Assembly: GCF_963921235.1 (NCBI RefSeq)
Contig: NC_086098.1
Span: forward strand, 235,910,001-235,974,000
DNA length: 64,000 nt
Source: Mobula hypostoma
Taxonomy: Eukaryota
Direction of reading: 5' to 3'
Shown here: piece after piece, positions 24,371-36,239 of the stretch
Numbering within the stretch: the stretch's first letter is position 1
Layout of the letters: every line of letters begins with the position of its first letter
Translations under genes and position numbers: made by a program
Notes under the pieces: generated by a model
What the model was told of the DNA's origin: nothing
The model's input: only the letters and a program-made list of their open reading frames with translations
Databases searched by the model: none

Positions 24371-27274
24371 CTGAAATCTGTATGTTAATTCATCAAAGGA
24401 TACAACATTTGCAATCCGTAACTTTATTTATGTCCACTCAATACAGAGACATGGGTTCTGGTTAATTAGGACATGTGGCGAACAGTACATTTTGGCCCAA
24501 ATAAGCGGCTACGCCAATTAACCGGTGGTTCAAATATCCGGAATCTGTATAACGAATGGCAGAACCTGACATCCACTATTACCGAGTCCTCTCCTCTCTT
24601 CGCATGTCAACCCGCAGATTGTTCTCACTCCAAGGCCAACCTGCCATCCTTGGTTGTGGTGCATAGAACTTCTGTCGATTCTTCTCTCCTCCAAGGTTCC
24701 TACGCATTTAGTCCCATGACCTAATATTTGCTTCTGTTAACGGAGATTTTCCGGATATATGCAAACTGCTTTGGAACGGAATTGTTATCTGTATTGCCAC
24801 TATATTACTCTGCGTAATGCCGGTGGTAAATGTGAAGATAATATTTTCCTGTCCCATTTTATATCATTTAAAGCTGGCTGAGCGATGGTGACTATGTCCT
24901 GATACACACTAGTGTCATCGCAGATGAAAGGAGTTATATTTAAAACATAATTTGACAGGCCAGTCTGATTTCACTGTGACTCAGTTGCTATCACAAGAGG
25001 AGGAAAGTCCTGCGTAAAGCGTCACCTCGGTTCTGTTGTTAATGATTTAGTTTCCCATCGCCAGACTTCAGCTCTACAACATTTCTACAGCAGAGGAGCC
25101 ATATTTCTTTCCATCATCACCAGTCTGCATCAGAAATTCTTTCCAGAACGAGGGGTTCCTCTTTCTCTAACCTCACATCCCACCACTATCTCGCCAAAGA
25201 TCTTTGCATCCAGTGAGCTTGAATAATTTATCCTCAGATTTAATTGCTCAACTAATCGAGATTGTATTTGAGATGTTAAGCGGTGCGCTCTGGGTTTATC
25301 AAACCAGCCTCCTTAACCATCTGGCCCCTTTCATTCCTTACATATTTTTTACGGTCCATGTTTCTGACCAACCTCATCGAGTGTTTCCTTGTGTGGTTCG
25401 TTGTCAATGTTTGATAAGTTCCAGCTGAAGTAAGTAGGTTCGTTCTGATTCCAAACTCAAGTTCACTGTCATCTGACTGTACGTTTACCCAGCCAAAGGA
25501 AACAACGTTCCACTGAACCACTGCACACCCACAAAACATATGTCAAATACAAAACATAAAACAAAATATTACCACAAACAAATTTATAAAATAAAACTCA
25601 AAGTACATGTCGTGCGTACCAGAGGCAAACAGTAAACTCAGTAATGAGACCTCGGTGAAATATGGTAGACTGGAGTGTTATTATTGGAATTTTTAGAACG
25701 TGCCTTCATAAAGCCTTATAGTTTGTGTTTATTTAAATTCTTTTACGAGGATAACCACTCATCCAAGTCAATTTCACTGTTAGCAGCGTCCAGTCACTTT
25801 ATCTCTCGCCCCAAAGAGACGTTTCTAGAAATCTATCCACTCGACCTGCATGGTGCTGAAACTCATGCGTGTTTCCTTGAATGGCACAGAGGCCTGTGCT
25901 GTGAGCTGCGTCCCAAGAGGAAGGGCAGAGGGCACAGGCCTGTTTAACTTACAAGTGAAAATGAGAGACCATCTAATACTGTAAGACCATAAGACATAAG
26001 ATCAAAATTAAGTTGTTCAGTCTATCAACATTACTCCGCCATTCATTCCTGGCTGATTCATTATCGTTCTCAACCGCGTTATCCTGCCTTCTCCCTATAA
26101 CCTTTGACGCACTTACTAAACAAGAAGCTATCAAGCTCTGTTTTAAACATACCAATGGCTTGCCCTCTGCAGTCACAATGGCAATGAAGTTCGAACACTC
26201 TCTACCCTATGTCTAAAGAAACTTCTCCTCGTCTCAGTTACAAAGGGATGTGCTTTTATTGTGAGATTGTGCCCCCTGGTCCTGGACTCGGCCGCTGTAG
26301 GAGATATCCTCCTCAGATCCACTTTATCCAGTACTTTCAATATTCGATCAGTTCCAATCAGACACTCCCCTCATCTCATTCGTTAACCCTTTCCTTCCCA
26401 GGCTCATTCTTGCCAGATACGGAACCCAAAACTGCTTACAATATTCCATATTTGGTGGGAGCAATAAAGCGGGCAAACAGGTGGCCAACTACACCGGTGT
26501 GTGGGGTGGCATTGGAGTAGTATTCTTATTCCAGGGGGTGTTGTCTCACTTTAGACAGACATTACATTTTTGTTTTTCATTGGGGGGTGCAGCTGATTTT
26601 TTTTCTGGGTTTCACTATACAACCGATACTCCGACCGGCAGGATTTTGAAGTTAAAATAACTAGTATGTATTTGAGGCAAGTGGGAATCGGAGGAGACTG
26701 GGAAGGTTTAGAAAGGGGAAGTTGTAGCCAAGGGTCCGAAATATGTTCTCTGAACTGGTATGCCGGTTTGAGGGCCGAATGTCGTCCCTCTTCCCTCCTA
26801 TATCTTTGAGTGAAGCTGGTTTGGGGACACGAACAGGGTTTAGGGAAGCTGTGATCTGAGATCATAACTCACTTCGTGACTAACTCGGACATTTCCCTGT
26901 TCCCCCAAACCAGACCCAGACACGTCTCAGTCCAATTAACTCAGCGCTGACCATGGTTCACGGAATCCGTCAGCTTGTGTCTGCGAGTGACACTGATGCA
27001 GATGTGGACTCCGACATATCCCCGTGGGGACCGGGGATGTTGCTGTTTCTGTCCTGTTTGTTAAGCGGTGCAGGTGGTGCGGTCACTGGGTCCCGGGGAG
27101 GGAGGGAAAGAGCCGGGAGGAGAATTTAAAATCACTGAAGTGTCTTCCATTGAGACAATGCAATTAGTGGCAAAGTCTCAGACTTAAGTTTAATCTCTAA
27201 AATGCTCATATTTTCAAACTATGTTTTCTTCAAAATGTCATATTAAATACACTGGTGATCTTTAAACTCCATAG

Positions 27275-27415
27275 NNNNNNNNNNNNNNNNNNNNNNNNNN
27301 NNNNNNNNNNNNNNNNNNNNNNNNNNNNNNNNNNNNNNNNNNNNNNNNNNNNNNNNNNNNNNNNNNNNNNNNNNNNNNNNNNNNNNNNNNNNNNNNNNNN
27401 NNNNNNNNNNNNNNN
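27275..27415. other. Assembly gap (141 N) at the position of the copy-A microsatellite
   Basis: Run of N; right flank aligns to sequence just after 1300. Confidence 0.95.
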
Positions 27416-28209
27416 AGTGGAAGAGAAGGAGTGATGAATGGGTGCTGACAGTCACAACTCTGATCAATTCACAATAGTCGGATTGAGCTGCGTGCCCAGG
27501 TAAGCATTCGGCGGTCAGCCAGGTTGGATTCGAGCGCGTGCAGTCTCTCTCATTCCTGGAAACTAAACTGAGCACCCTATGGGCTGACACATGAACATGT
27601 CGACATGGAATGTATACAAACATTCTTCTCATCACAGCCATTGCTATTTACTGAAATGCACCATTTCTTTCATCACAAAATCTCTCAGTTTCCAAGCACC
27701 TGTCGATCCCCGTTTGTAACTTTGTTAGTGATTAAATATCAGCAGATCGCTGGGAGGGAGGCAAGGAGTCATCTGTTTCACTCTGTTAGTTGATTTAGTA
27801 TCCGAACGTTCAAAGCATTTGAGAGACTGAGGCGCATCCCTCTCAACCTCTGTTCACGGGTGAACCCTCTCATCCAGAGAGCACGGTCTCCATAGCCAGT
27901 GTAAGATTTCATACAAAAAACAGACCTGTTTACAGCACACAGACAGTCTAATCTCGGGCCAGTAGTGATGCCGCAAGCGCGCCATACTTTTGTAATTCAC
28001 CTCCTTGCAAAAGGCCAAACTTTGCCTCCTCACTGCTTCCTTCACCGACTGTTAAAGTTCTATGCCTGATGAGCCAACATTGAATAACTAGGTGCAAACG
28101 GGAAAAAAAGATATTTTGGGAATGCATTTGATTCATTCTTCTTAACATAGCCATTGCTATTAACTGAAATACACAATTTGATTTATCACAAGCACTTGCA
28201 CTAGTGACA

Positions 28210-29125
28210 TGGAAACATAGAAACCCTACAGTACAATACAGGCCCTTCAGTTCACAAAGCTGCGCCGAACATGTCCTTACCTTAGAAATACCTAGGCTTA
28301 CCCATAGCAATCTATTTTTCTAAGCTCCATGTACCTATCCAGGAGTCTCTTAAAAGACCCTATCGTTTCCGCCTCCACCGCCGCCGCCGGCAGCCCATTC
28401 CACGCACTCACCACTCTGCGTGAAAAACTTATCCCTGACATCTCCTCTGTACCTACTTCCAAGCATCTTAAAACCATGCCCTCTGGTGCTAGCCATTTCA
28501 GCCCTGGGAAAAAGCGTCTGACTATCCACACGATCAATGCCTCTCATTATCTTGTACACCTGTATTAGGTCACCTCTCATCCTCCGTCATTCCAAGGAGA
28601 AAAGGCCGAATTCACTCAACCCAATCCTGGCAACATCCTTGTAAATCTCCTCTGCACCCTTTCTATGGTTTTCACGTCCTTCCTGTCGTGAGGCGACCAG
28701 AATTGAACACAGTACTCCAAGTGGGGTCTGACCAGGGTCCTATATAGCTGCAACATTAACTCTTGGCTCTTAAACTCAATCCCACGCTATATGAAGGCCA
28801 ATGCACCGCATGCCTTCTTAACCATAGAATCAACCTGCATAGCAGCTTTGAGTGTCCTATGGACTCGGACCCCAAGGTCACTCTGGTCCTCCACACTGCC
28901 AAGAGTCTTACCATTAATAATATATTCTGCCATCATATTTGACCTACCAAAATGAACCATCTCACACATATCTGGCTGAACTCCAGCCACGTCTCAGCCC
29001 AGTTTTGCATCCTATCAATATCCCACTGTAACCACTGACAGCCCTCCATACTATCCACAACACCCTTAAGCCTTGTGTCATCAGCAAATTTACTGACCCA
29101 TCCTTCCACTTCCTCATCCAGGTAT
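28210..29125 (-). mobile_element. CR1 LINE 3' part
   Basis: EEVEGWVSKFADDT...MRGDLIQVYKIMRGIDRVD. Confidence 0.88.
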
Positions 29126-30517
29126 TTCTGGGAATAATATAGGAGGTGCAGGATCAGTTCATTCCAAAGAGAAAGAAAGATTCTAAGGGGCGACCGTGGC
29201 TGACAAGGGAAGTCAAGAACAGTATAAAATAAAAGTGAAGAAGTATAACATAGCAAAGACGAGTGGGAAGCTAGAGGATTGGGAAACTCTTAAAGAGCAA
29301 CAGAAGATAACTAAAAAGGCAATACGGGGAGAAAAGATGAGATACGAAGGTAAGCTAACCAAGAATATAAAGGAGGATAGTAAAAAGAACAAAGTTAGTT
29401 AAGACCAAAGTTGGGCCCTTGAAGACAGAAATGGGTGAATTTATCATGGGGAACAAAGAAATGGCAGATGAGTTGAACAGGTACTTTGGATCTGTCTTCA
29501 CTATGGAAGACACAAACAACCTCCCAGATGTCATAGTGGCCAGAGGACCTAGGGTAACAGAGGAACTGAAGGAAATTTACATTAGGCAGAAAATAGTGTT
29601 GGATAGACCGATAGGACTGAAGGCTGATAAATCCCCAGGGCCTGACGGTCTGCATCCCAGGGTACTTAAGGAGGTGGCTGTAGAAATCGTGGACGCATTG
29701 GTAATCATTTTCCAATGTGCTATAGTTTCAGGATCAGTTCCTATGCATTGAAGAAATGCTAGTCTTATCCCACTTTTTAAGAAAGGAGGGAGAGAGAAAA
29801 CAGGGACCAGTTAGCCTGACATCAGTGGTGAGGAAGATGCTGGAGTGAATTTTAAAAGATGAAATAGTGGCACATTTGGATAGCAGTAACAGGATCGGTC
29901 CAAGTCAGCATGGATTTACAAAGGGGAAATCGTGCTTGACTAACCTTCTGGAATTTTTTGAGGATGCAACTATGAAAATGGACAAGGGAGAGCCAGTGGA
30001 TGTAGTGTACCTGGACTTTCAGAAAGCCTTTGATAATGTCCCACATAGGAGATTAGTGGGCAAAATTGGAGCACATGGTTTTGGGGGTATGGTACTGACA
30101 TGGATAGAAAGTTGGTTGACAGACAGAAAACAAAGAGTAGGGATTAACAGGCTTTCAGAATGGCAGGCAGTGACTAGTGGGGTACCGCAAGGCTCGGTGA
30201 TGGGACAGCAGCTATGTACAATATACATTAATGATTTAGATGAAGGGATTAAAAGTAACATTAGCAAATTTTCAGATGACACAAAGCTGGGTGGCAGTGT
30301 GAAATGTGAGGAGGATGCTATGAGAATGCAGGGTGACTTGGACAGGTTGGGTGAGTGGGCAGATGCATGCCAGATGCAGTTTAATGCGGATCAATCTGAG
30401 ATTATCCACTTTAGTGGCAGGAACAGGAAGGCAGATTACTATCTGAATGGTGTCAAGTTCGGAAAAGGGGAAGTACAACGAGATCTAGGTGTCCTTGTTC
30501 ATCAGTCACTGAAAGTA

Positions 30518-32025
30518 TGTTATGGTCCGGATCGGGATCCCTTTAACTTTACCTTGTTTATGTTACGATCCGGACCGTTGATTCCCTGTTTGCCCGTGTC
30601 CCTCGACTTTGGTGATTAGAGGCAATTAACGCTCGGCTGAACCGGTAGTTTATAGTCTCCGGCTTTCAGCCGTTCGGCGCGGGAGCGTTTGTAAAGTCAT
30701 CCCAGGTACGGTGTTGCCGATGTCATCTGGCCGGAGCAAGCCTAGTCTCTGCCGAAACGAGTGCCGGTAATTCGCCTTTTCCTCACCGGAGCAACCCTGT
30801 CCAGTTATCTCGCCAAAGCGAGGCTGCAAAGTTTCCTCACCGAGGTGGGTCCGTCAGTTAACCCGCCGGAGGGAATCAAGAACGGCTATCTACTGTTCCC
30901 GGGCCAAGTCGAGAGCTCGCCAATACCCGGAGGCTCCAAGTCAAGTCCTGGCTCCGGCGGCATTCTAGCGCCAAGCCAAGTCCTGTCCCTGGCGGCATTC
31001 TAGCGCCAAGCCAAGTCCTGTCCCTGGCGGCATTCTAGCGGCAAGCCAAGTCCTGTCCCTGGCGGCATTCTAGCGGCAAGCCAAGTCCTGTCCTTGGCCG
31101 CATTCTAGCGGCAAGCCAAGTCCTGGCCCTGGCGGCTTTCAAGCACCAAGCCAAGTCCTGGTCCTGGCGGCTTTCAAGCACCAAGTCAAGTCCTGGCCCT
31201 GGCGGCTTCCGAGTTCTGAGTCAAGTCCTGGCCTGGCGGTCTGTGATTCCTGTCCTACCCCCTTGTCTGAATCCCTTCTCTGCCCCTCTCGTCTCTAGCC
31301 CTCGTCTGCAGCCCCCGCCTGCACTGCGGTCCAGTTCCATCACCGGAGCTAGATAGGTACTGTCTGGTGCTCATTCTTGTTGGTCTGGTCTTGTCTTGTC
31401 CTCGCCTCCGTGGGGTAAGTCAGGCCGTGTTGCCGTTGCCCCACGGGGGTCATGTCTTGTCTTGTCTGGTCTTCGCCTCCGTGGGGTAAGTCAGGCCGTC
31501 TTGCCGTTGCCCCGCGGAGGGTCATGAATCCCGGCCCTATGTCCTGTACCCAAGGAGGGGTCCCGGCTCTCTGTTCTGTGTGTGAGTCCTTGCCCTATGT
31601 CCTGTACCCAAGGAGGGGTCCCGACTCTGTTCTGTGTATGTGTCCATGGTTCCATGTACCTGCTCCCAGAGACTGAGGCTCTGTGTTCCCATGTTCCTCC
31701 TCTCCCTAGCCCATGTCATGTCCTTGCCTGGTTCTGGGGTCCGAGCCCGAGACAAGACCCAGGTACTGGGTCCTTGTCCAGTCTCTGGCTCGGAGTCCAT
31801 ACCCTAGCCCCTTCATGTCTCCTCTAGTTCTGGGAGCCGATTCCGAGCCCAAGCCCAGACCCTTGGTCCCAGCCTAGTCGTAGTCCTCAGTCCTTCTCCA
31901 GTTCGCTACTCCTGCTCCTGTCTAGTTCTCCTGATATCGAACAATAAACTAAATCTATGTAACCTCACAAGATGTGTCTTGCATTTGGGTCCACCCTTGC
32001 TCCCTAGGCCCCCGCCATTGTGACA
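30518..32025 (+). mobile_element. Solo-LTR-like element (1508 bp), 5-bp TSD AAGTA
   Basis: TGTTATGG...TGTGACA; AAGTA at 30513-30517 and 32026-32030; AATAAA at 31943; no coding domains. Confidence 0.88.
30940..31235 (+). repeat. 35-bp tandem array (~8 units) inside the solo LTR
   Basis: cattctagcg recurs at 30961, 30996, 31031, 31066 and 31101. Confidence 0.92.
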
Positions 32026-33719
32026 AAGTAAGCATGCAGGTGCGGCAGGCAGTGAAGAAAGCTAATGGCATGTTACCCTTCATAACAAGGGGAGTTGAGT
32101 ATAGGAGCAAAGAGGTCCTTCTGCAGTTGTGCCCTTCCGCACACCTGGAGTACTGTGTGCAGTTTTGGTCTCCAAATTTGAGGAAGGACATTCTTGCTAT
32201 TGAGGGAGTGCAGCGTAGGTTCACGAGGTTAATTCTCGGAATGGCGGGACTGTTATATGTTGAAAGATTGGAGCGACTGGGCTTGTATACTCTGGAATTT
32301 AGAAGGCTGAGAGGGGATCTGATTGAAACAAATAAGATTGTTAAGGGATTGGACATGCTGGAGGCAGGAAGCATGTTCCCGCTGATGGGTGAGTCCAGAA
32401 CCAGAGGCCACAGTTTAAGAATAAGGGGTAGGCCATTTAGAACAGAGTTGAGGAAAAACTTTTTCACGCAAAGAGTTGTGGGTCTGCGGAATGCTCTGCT
32501 TCAGAAGACTGTGGATTCTCTGGATGCTTTCACGAAAGAGTTAGATAGAGCTCTTAAAGATAGTGGAGTCAAGGGATATGGGGAGAAGGCAGGAACGGGG
32601 TACTGATTGTGGATGATCAGCCATGATCACAGAGAATGGAGGTGCTGGCTCGAAGAGCCGAATGGCCTACTCCTGCACTTATTGTCTATTGTCAGGTCAT
32701 TTGTAAAAATCAGGAAGAGTAACGGTCGCAGAACAGATCACTGAGGCACATCACTGGTCACCGACCTCCATGCAGAATTCTTTGCCTTCTGTGGGCAAGC
32801 CAGTTCTGGATCCACAAAGCAATGTCCCCTTGGATCCCATGCCTCCTTACTTTCTCAATAAGCCTTGCGTGGCGTACCTTAGAAATGCCTTGCTGAAATC
32901 CATATGCACTACATCTACGGCTCTGCCTTCATCAACTTGTTTGGTCCTCAAAAAATTCAATCAGGCTCATAAGGCACGACCTGCCTTTGACAAAGCCATT
33001 CTGACTATTCCTAATCATAATCATATTATGACCATAGGAGAAAGGAACAAGCACAGTAACTCTTCTGCTCAGAAAGTACAGAATTAGACGATAGGATATA
33101 GGAGCAGAAATCGGCCATTTGGCACATAGATCTACTCTACTATTCATTCATTTCTCATGTATCAAATTAAATTTATATCAAAGTAGATATATGTCGCCAT
33201 CTACAACCCTTAGATTCATTTTCTTGCGGGTATTATCAATATATCCAATAACCATAATAAAATCAATCATTACCCCTCCCAACCCCATTCTCCTGCCCTC
33301 TCTCCGTAACCTTTGATGCCTTTACTAATCAGGAACCCTTCAACCTCCGCTTTAAATACTATATATCGAATGGCCTCCAGAGCGTTTTGTGGCAATTAAA
33401 AAATGTTAATACTGTATTAACACAATGAGGGTGATAACCTCTGTCATTTTTCTCAAAAGGAAGCATACTCATTTTTATGCAGAACGGGCTTTATGCAATG
33501 ACCACATGACAGAAATTTATATGACAAAATGTATTTTTTCTGTTCTGAGACGCTCAGAATGACACGTGATTGTAACTAAAACGGCTTGTAATCAGCGTTA
33601 GAAATGTCTCGTTCCTCCAGAAGAAAGCATATATTTAAAGACTTTCAAATCTTTGGAAAAATCTATGAAGCACAGTGATATGGTTCAAAAATGGATCAAT
33701 CAACATGTGATTAGATTTC

Positions 33720-35177
33720 ATAATCTGAAAGATAGGGTACTAATTTAACAAATTTCACGCCATAAACACAAGAGATTTTGCAGAATCTGTAAATCCAGAG
33801 GAACACACACAAAATGCTGGAGGAACTCAGCAGACGATGCAGTATCTATGAAAATTAATCAACAGTCAACTTTTTGTCGATTTCAATCCATATTTTTCTT
33901 CTGCTCCAGAAACGGCAAATTATGTATTTTTGTCTACCATTTTATATTGAACTTATAGTAAAAACTTCCTCAATTGAACTTGGATGGAAATAATATATTG
34001 AGATTAAATTAATTCCAATTGCGCCCATTTGTTTCAGGTTGAAAATATCGGACGGATTTTAATGAAGACAAGTGTGAGAAGTTTGACATCAGCAGGACAA
34101 ACGAGGGTAGGACTTGCACGGTGAAAGGTAAGACACTGAGGTGCGATAGAAGAAAGGGATCAGGGAATCAAGATCCACAATTCCTTGAAAGTGGCGTCAC
34201 AAATAGACAGGGTCGCAAAGAGAGCTTTTTGGACATTGCCTTTCATGATGTTCTCTGTCCGATCCTTCGGTGATTGTAGTTTTTCGCTGACTCTACTGAA
34301 GTTCTTGGTTCCTGTAAATGCCTGCAAGAAACTGAATCTTACAGTAGTATATGGTGATATACAGTTTACGTACCACGATAATAAATTTATTTTGACCTTT
34401 GAACTTTCTTTTTTTTACCAGACGGTTTTAGGACATTTTGTCACCTTTATTTAATTGCTGAACACATTGCTGAATCAGGATGGTGAAGATTATGAGCAGG
34501 AATGAGCTGTGGGCAACTAAAAGGAATCTTGCTGTGACTGAAGGGAAGAATGCTTCGTATTCCCTTACGTTGGGTGGTTGAATAGGCTCCTCTTCTTTCT
34601 GTGAACGTGATTTGATTAATCGAATAGTCTTCTGTCCGCGACGGGCTGAATTCCCTCAACTGCACCCAGCTGTAAGGATCTCCAGGAGCTGAACAATCTG
34701 TTCATGAATCTGACGAAGATTTCCTTTCTTTTTTGCTGTCAGTCCGTATTTTCATTCAGGTCACGCCGCACCAAGGTCCTTGGTCGCGCTTTACTGCCAC
34801 CTAATCTTCACTTGTGGAACTACAATCATGTTACTGCATGGTTCATCCTGGTCTCGCGATCTAATTTTAAAGAACTCGTTGGATTATTTCACCTTTGATC
34901 AGCCCAAAGTATTATACGATGGACAAATTGATCGTAGACAATTTAGATGTTCTCTCGTGTATGGTCTCTGGAGAACAGGAAATCTTCCCTGTTCTCACAT
35001 GGGGAAGAGACATATGAATCATTTTCTTCCATTCAAATACATTGTCACCATCCTGAGAATAAACACGCCCTCTGCGAATATTCTGATCACACCTGTATAG
35101 CCACTTACGGCTGCAATTGATGGAATTTTGTTCTGATCCTTACCCAGGAGATGACTGAATAATTCGATTCTCTAATA
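33720..35177 (-). pseudogene. Putative decayed multi-exon membrane-protein gene, copy B (candidate exons 35177-35144, 35052-~34730, 34537-34445, 33978-33957)
   Basis: 93-nt phase-1/1 exon (V)TARFLLVAHSSFLLIIFTILIQQCVQQLNK between cccttcag and AAG|GTGAC; upstream exon has ISC...DQGPWCGV with stops; mini-exon donor mutated to AT. Confidence 0.35.
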
Positions 35178-35479
35178 CTGAAGAAAGACTCTTAAAGGCA
35201 CACGTGCCTTTATTCGACTAGCAGTGTTTCTTGATCACTTAAAGCCGCAGGCTCCCGCAGTTCGCTAACTTTGTAACACTGCCCTTAAAGTTGCAGGCAA
35301 TATGTAATTACTCTTACGTCTGTCCCAGTGGTTTTTGCTGTACAATCCTTTCCATCGAAAGCCAGCGGAACAGCGAAGAACGTTATTTTTAATAACTGCA
35401 AACTTTCATTTGCTCACAAATATCAACAACCATCAGGGATTTGCTAAACTATTTAGAATTTCAAATTAAAATATGGCTA

Positions 35480-35980
35480 CTATTATCTAAAAAAAAAACA
35501 CTCAATTCCTTTGGATAACCTATAGTTCTTTGAAATCCCCCACTGTGCCATAATGACAGCATGAGGCTTTTCTAAGTATATTCGGGCATGAACGCAACCC
35601 TGGAAGTGCGCAGAAATCGGCTCCAAAAGTGCCCTCGATTGCCCGTTGGGCCCGTGAATGGCCATCTTGGCCAGGTCAAGGAGCAGGCCCACCATTAGAA
35701 TCGCCGAGCGACCCTTCGTCCGCCGTACTGGGGGACCATGTATGAAGAGCGCGGGGATGAAGTACAACCAGAACCTGAGGAGCAGCCCCGCAGGGACACG
35801 GAAAAAGCTGCAACCTCTCAGACTCCAGATTAAACATGATCACTGACTCCCTCCGGCCACAAAAGGGACAGTTAGACAGGATGTCAGTGAACCGCCTGAG
35901 AAATCTATTGCATAGCCCTGCCCTATGCAATACCTTCCACCCCAAGCCCCCAGTGTGTAGGAACAGCTAGGATTTATGTT
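35480..35980 (-). mobile_element. Tx1/L1-clade LINE 3' fragment
   Basis: WKVLHRA...CPFCGRRES...LLLDLAKMAIH zinc-finger C-terminus followed by an A-rich tail. Confidence 0.75.
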
Positions 35981-36239
35981 ATTTACTTGAAGGTCAGTCG
36001 ACAGTGGCATATTCCCTTTTATGTTTCAAAGTTTTGCTGATATAAGTGTGAATTTTGAGTAGTCGTCCATTTGCAATGAGACGGTGTGAACAACCTTATC
36101 AATCCGCGATGTTAGCTTCGTATTCCATGCGCTTGAGTGTTACATCAAATGAACCAGTCTTTATGGTGAAGCGAAAATAGAGAGGAAATTGGATTGAGGC
36201 CGATAAAGCCTGCTTGTTTTCATGTGGGATAAATAGGAG

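Larger units (their letters stand above)
29126..32690 (+). mobile_element. CR1 LINE ORF2 and 3' end, interrupted by solo LTR 30518-32025
   Basis: KSPGPDGLHPRVLKE, QHGFTKGKSCLTNLLEFFE, YLDFQKAFD, GVPQGS, KFSDDTKL; resumes at 32026 with MQVRQAVKKANGML. Confidence 0.92.

Noticed and set aside
30940-31235. CRISPR-like array (also 49567-50015)
   Set aside because: Head-to-tail tandem units without unique spacers, in a vertebrate genome
28210-32690. Twin-priming inversion of a single CR1
   Set aside because: The two oppositely oriented parts cover overlapping ORF2 regions and differ in sequence, so they are separate insertions
33671-33700. CACAGTG heptamers (here and near 51765) as RSS
   Set aside because: No nonamer at 12- or 23-nt spacing and no adjacent V/J segment
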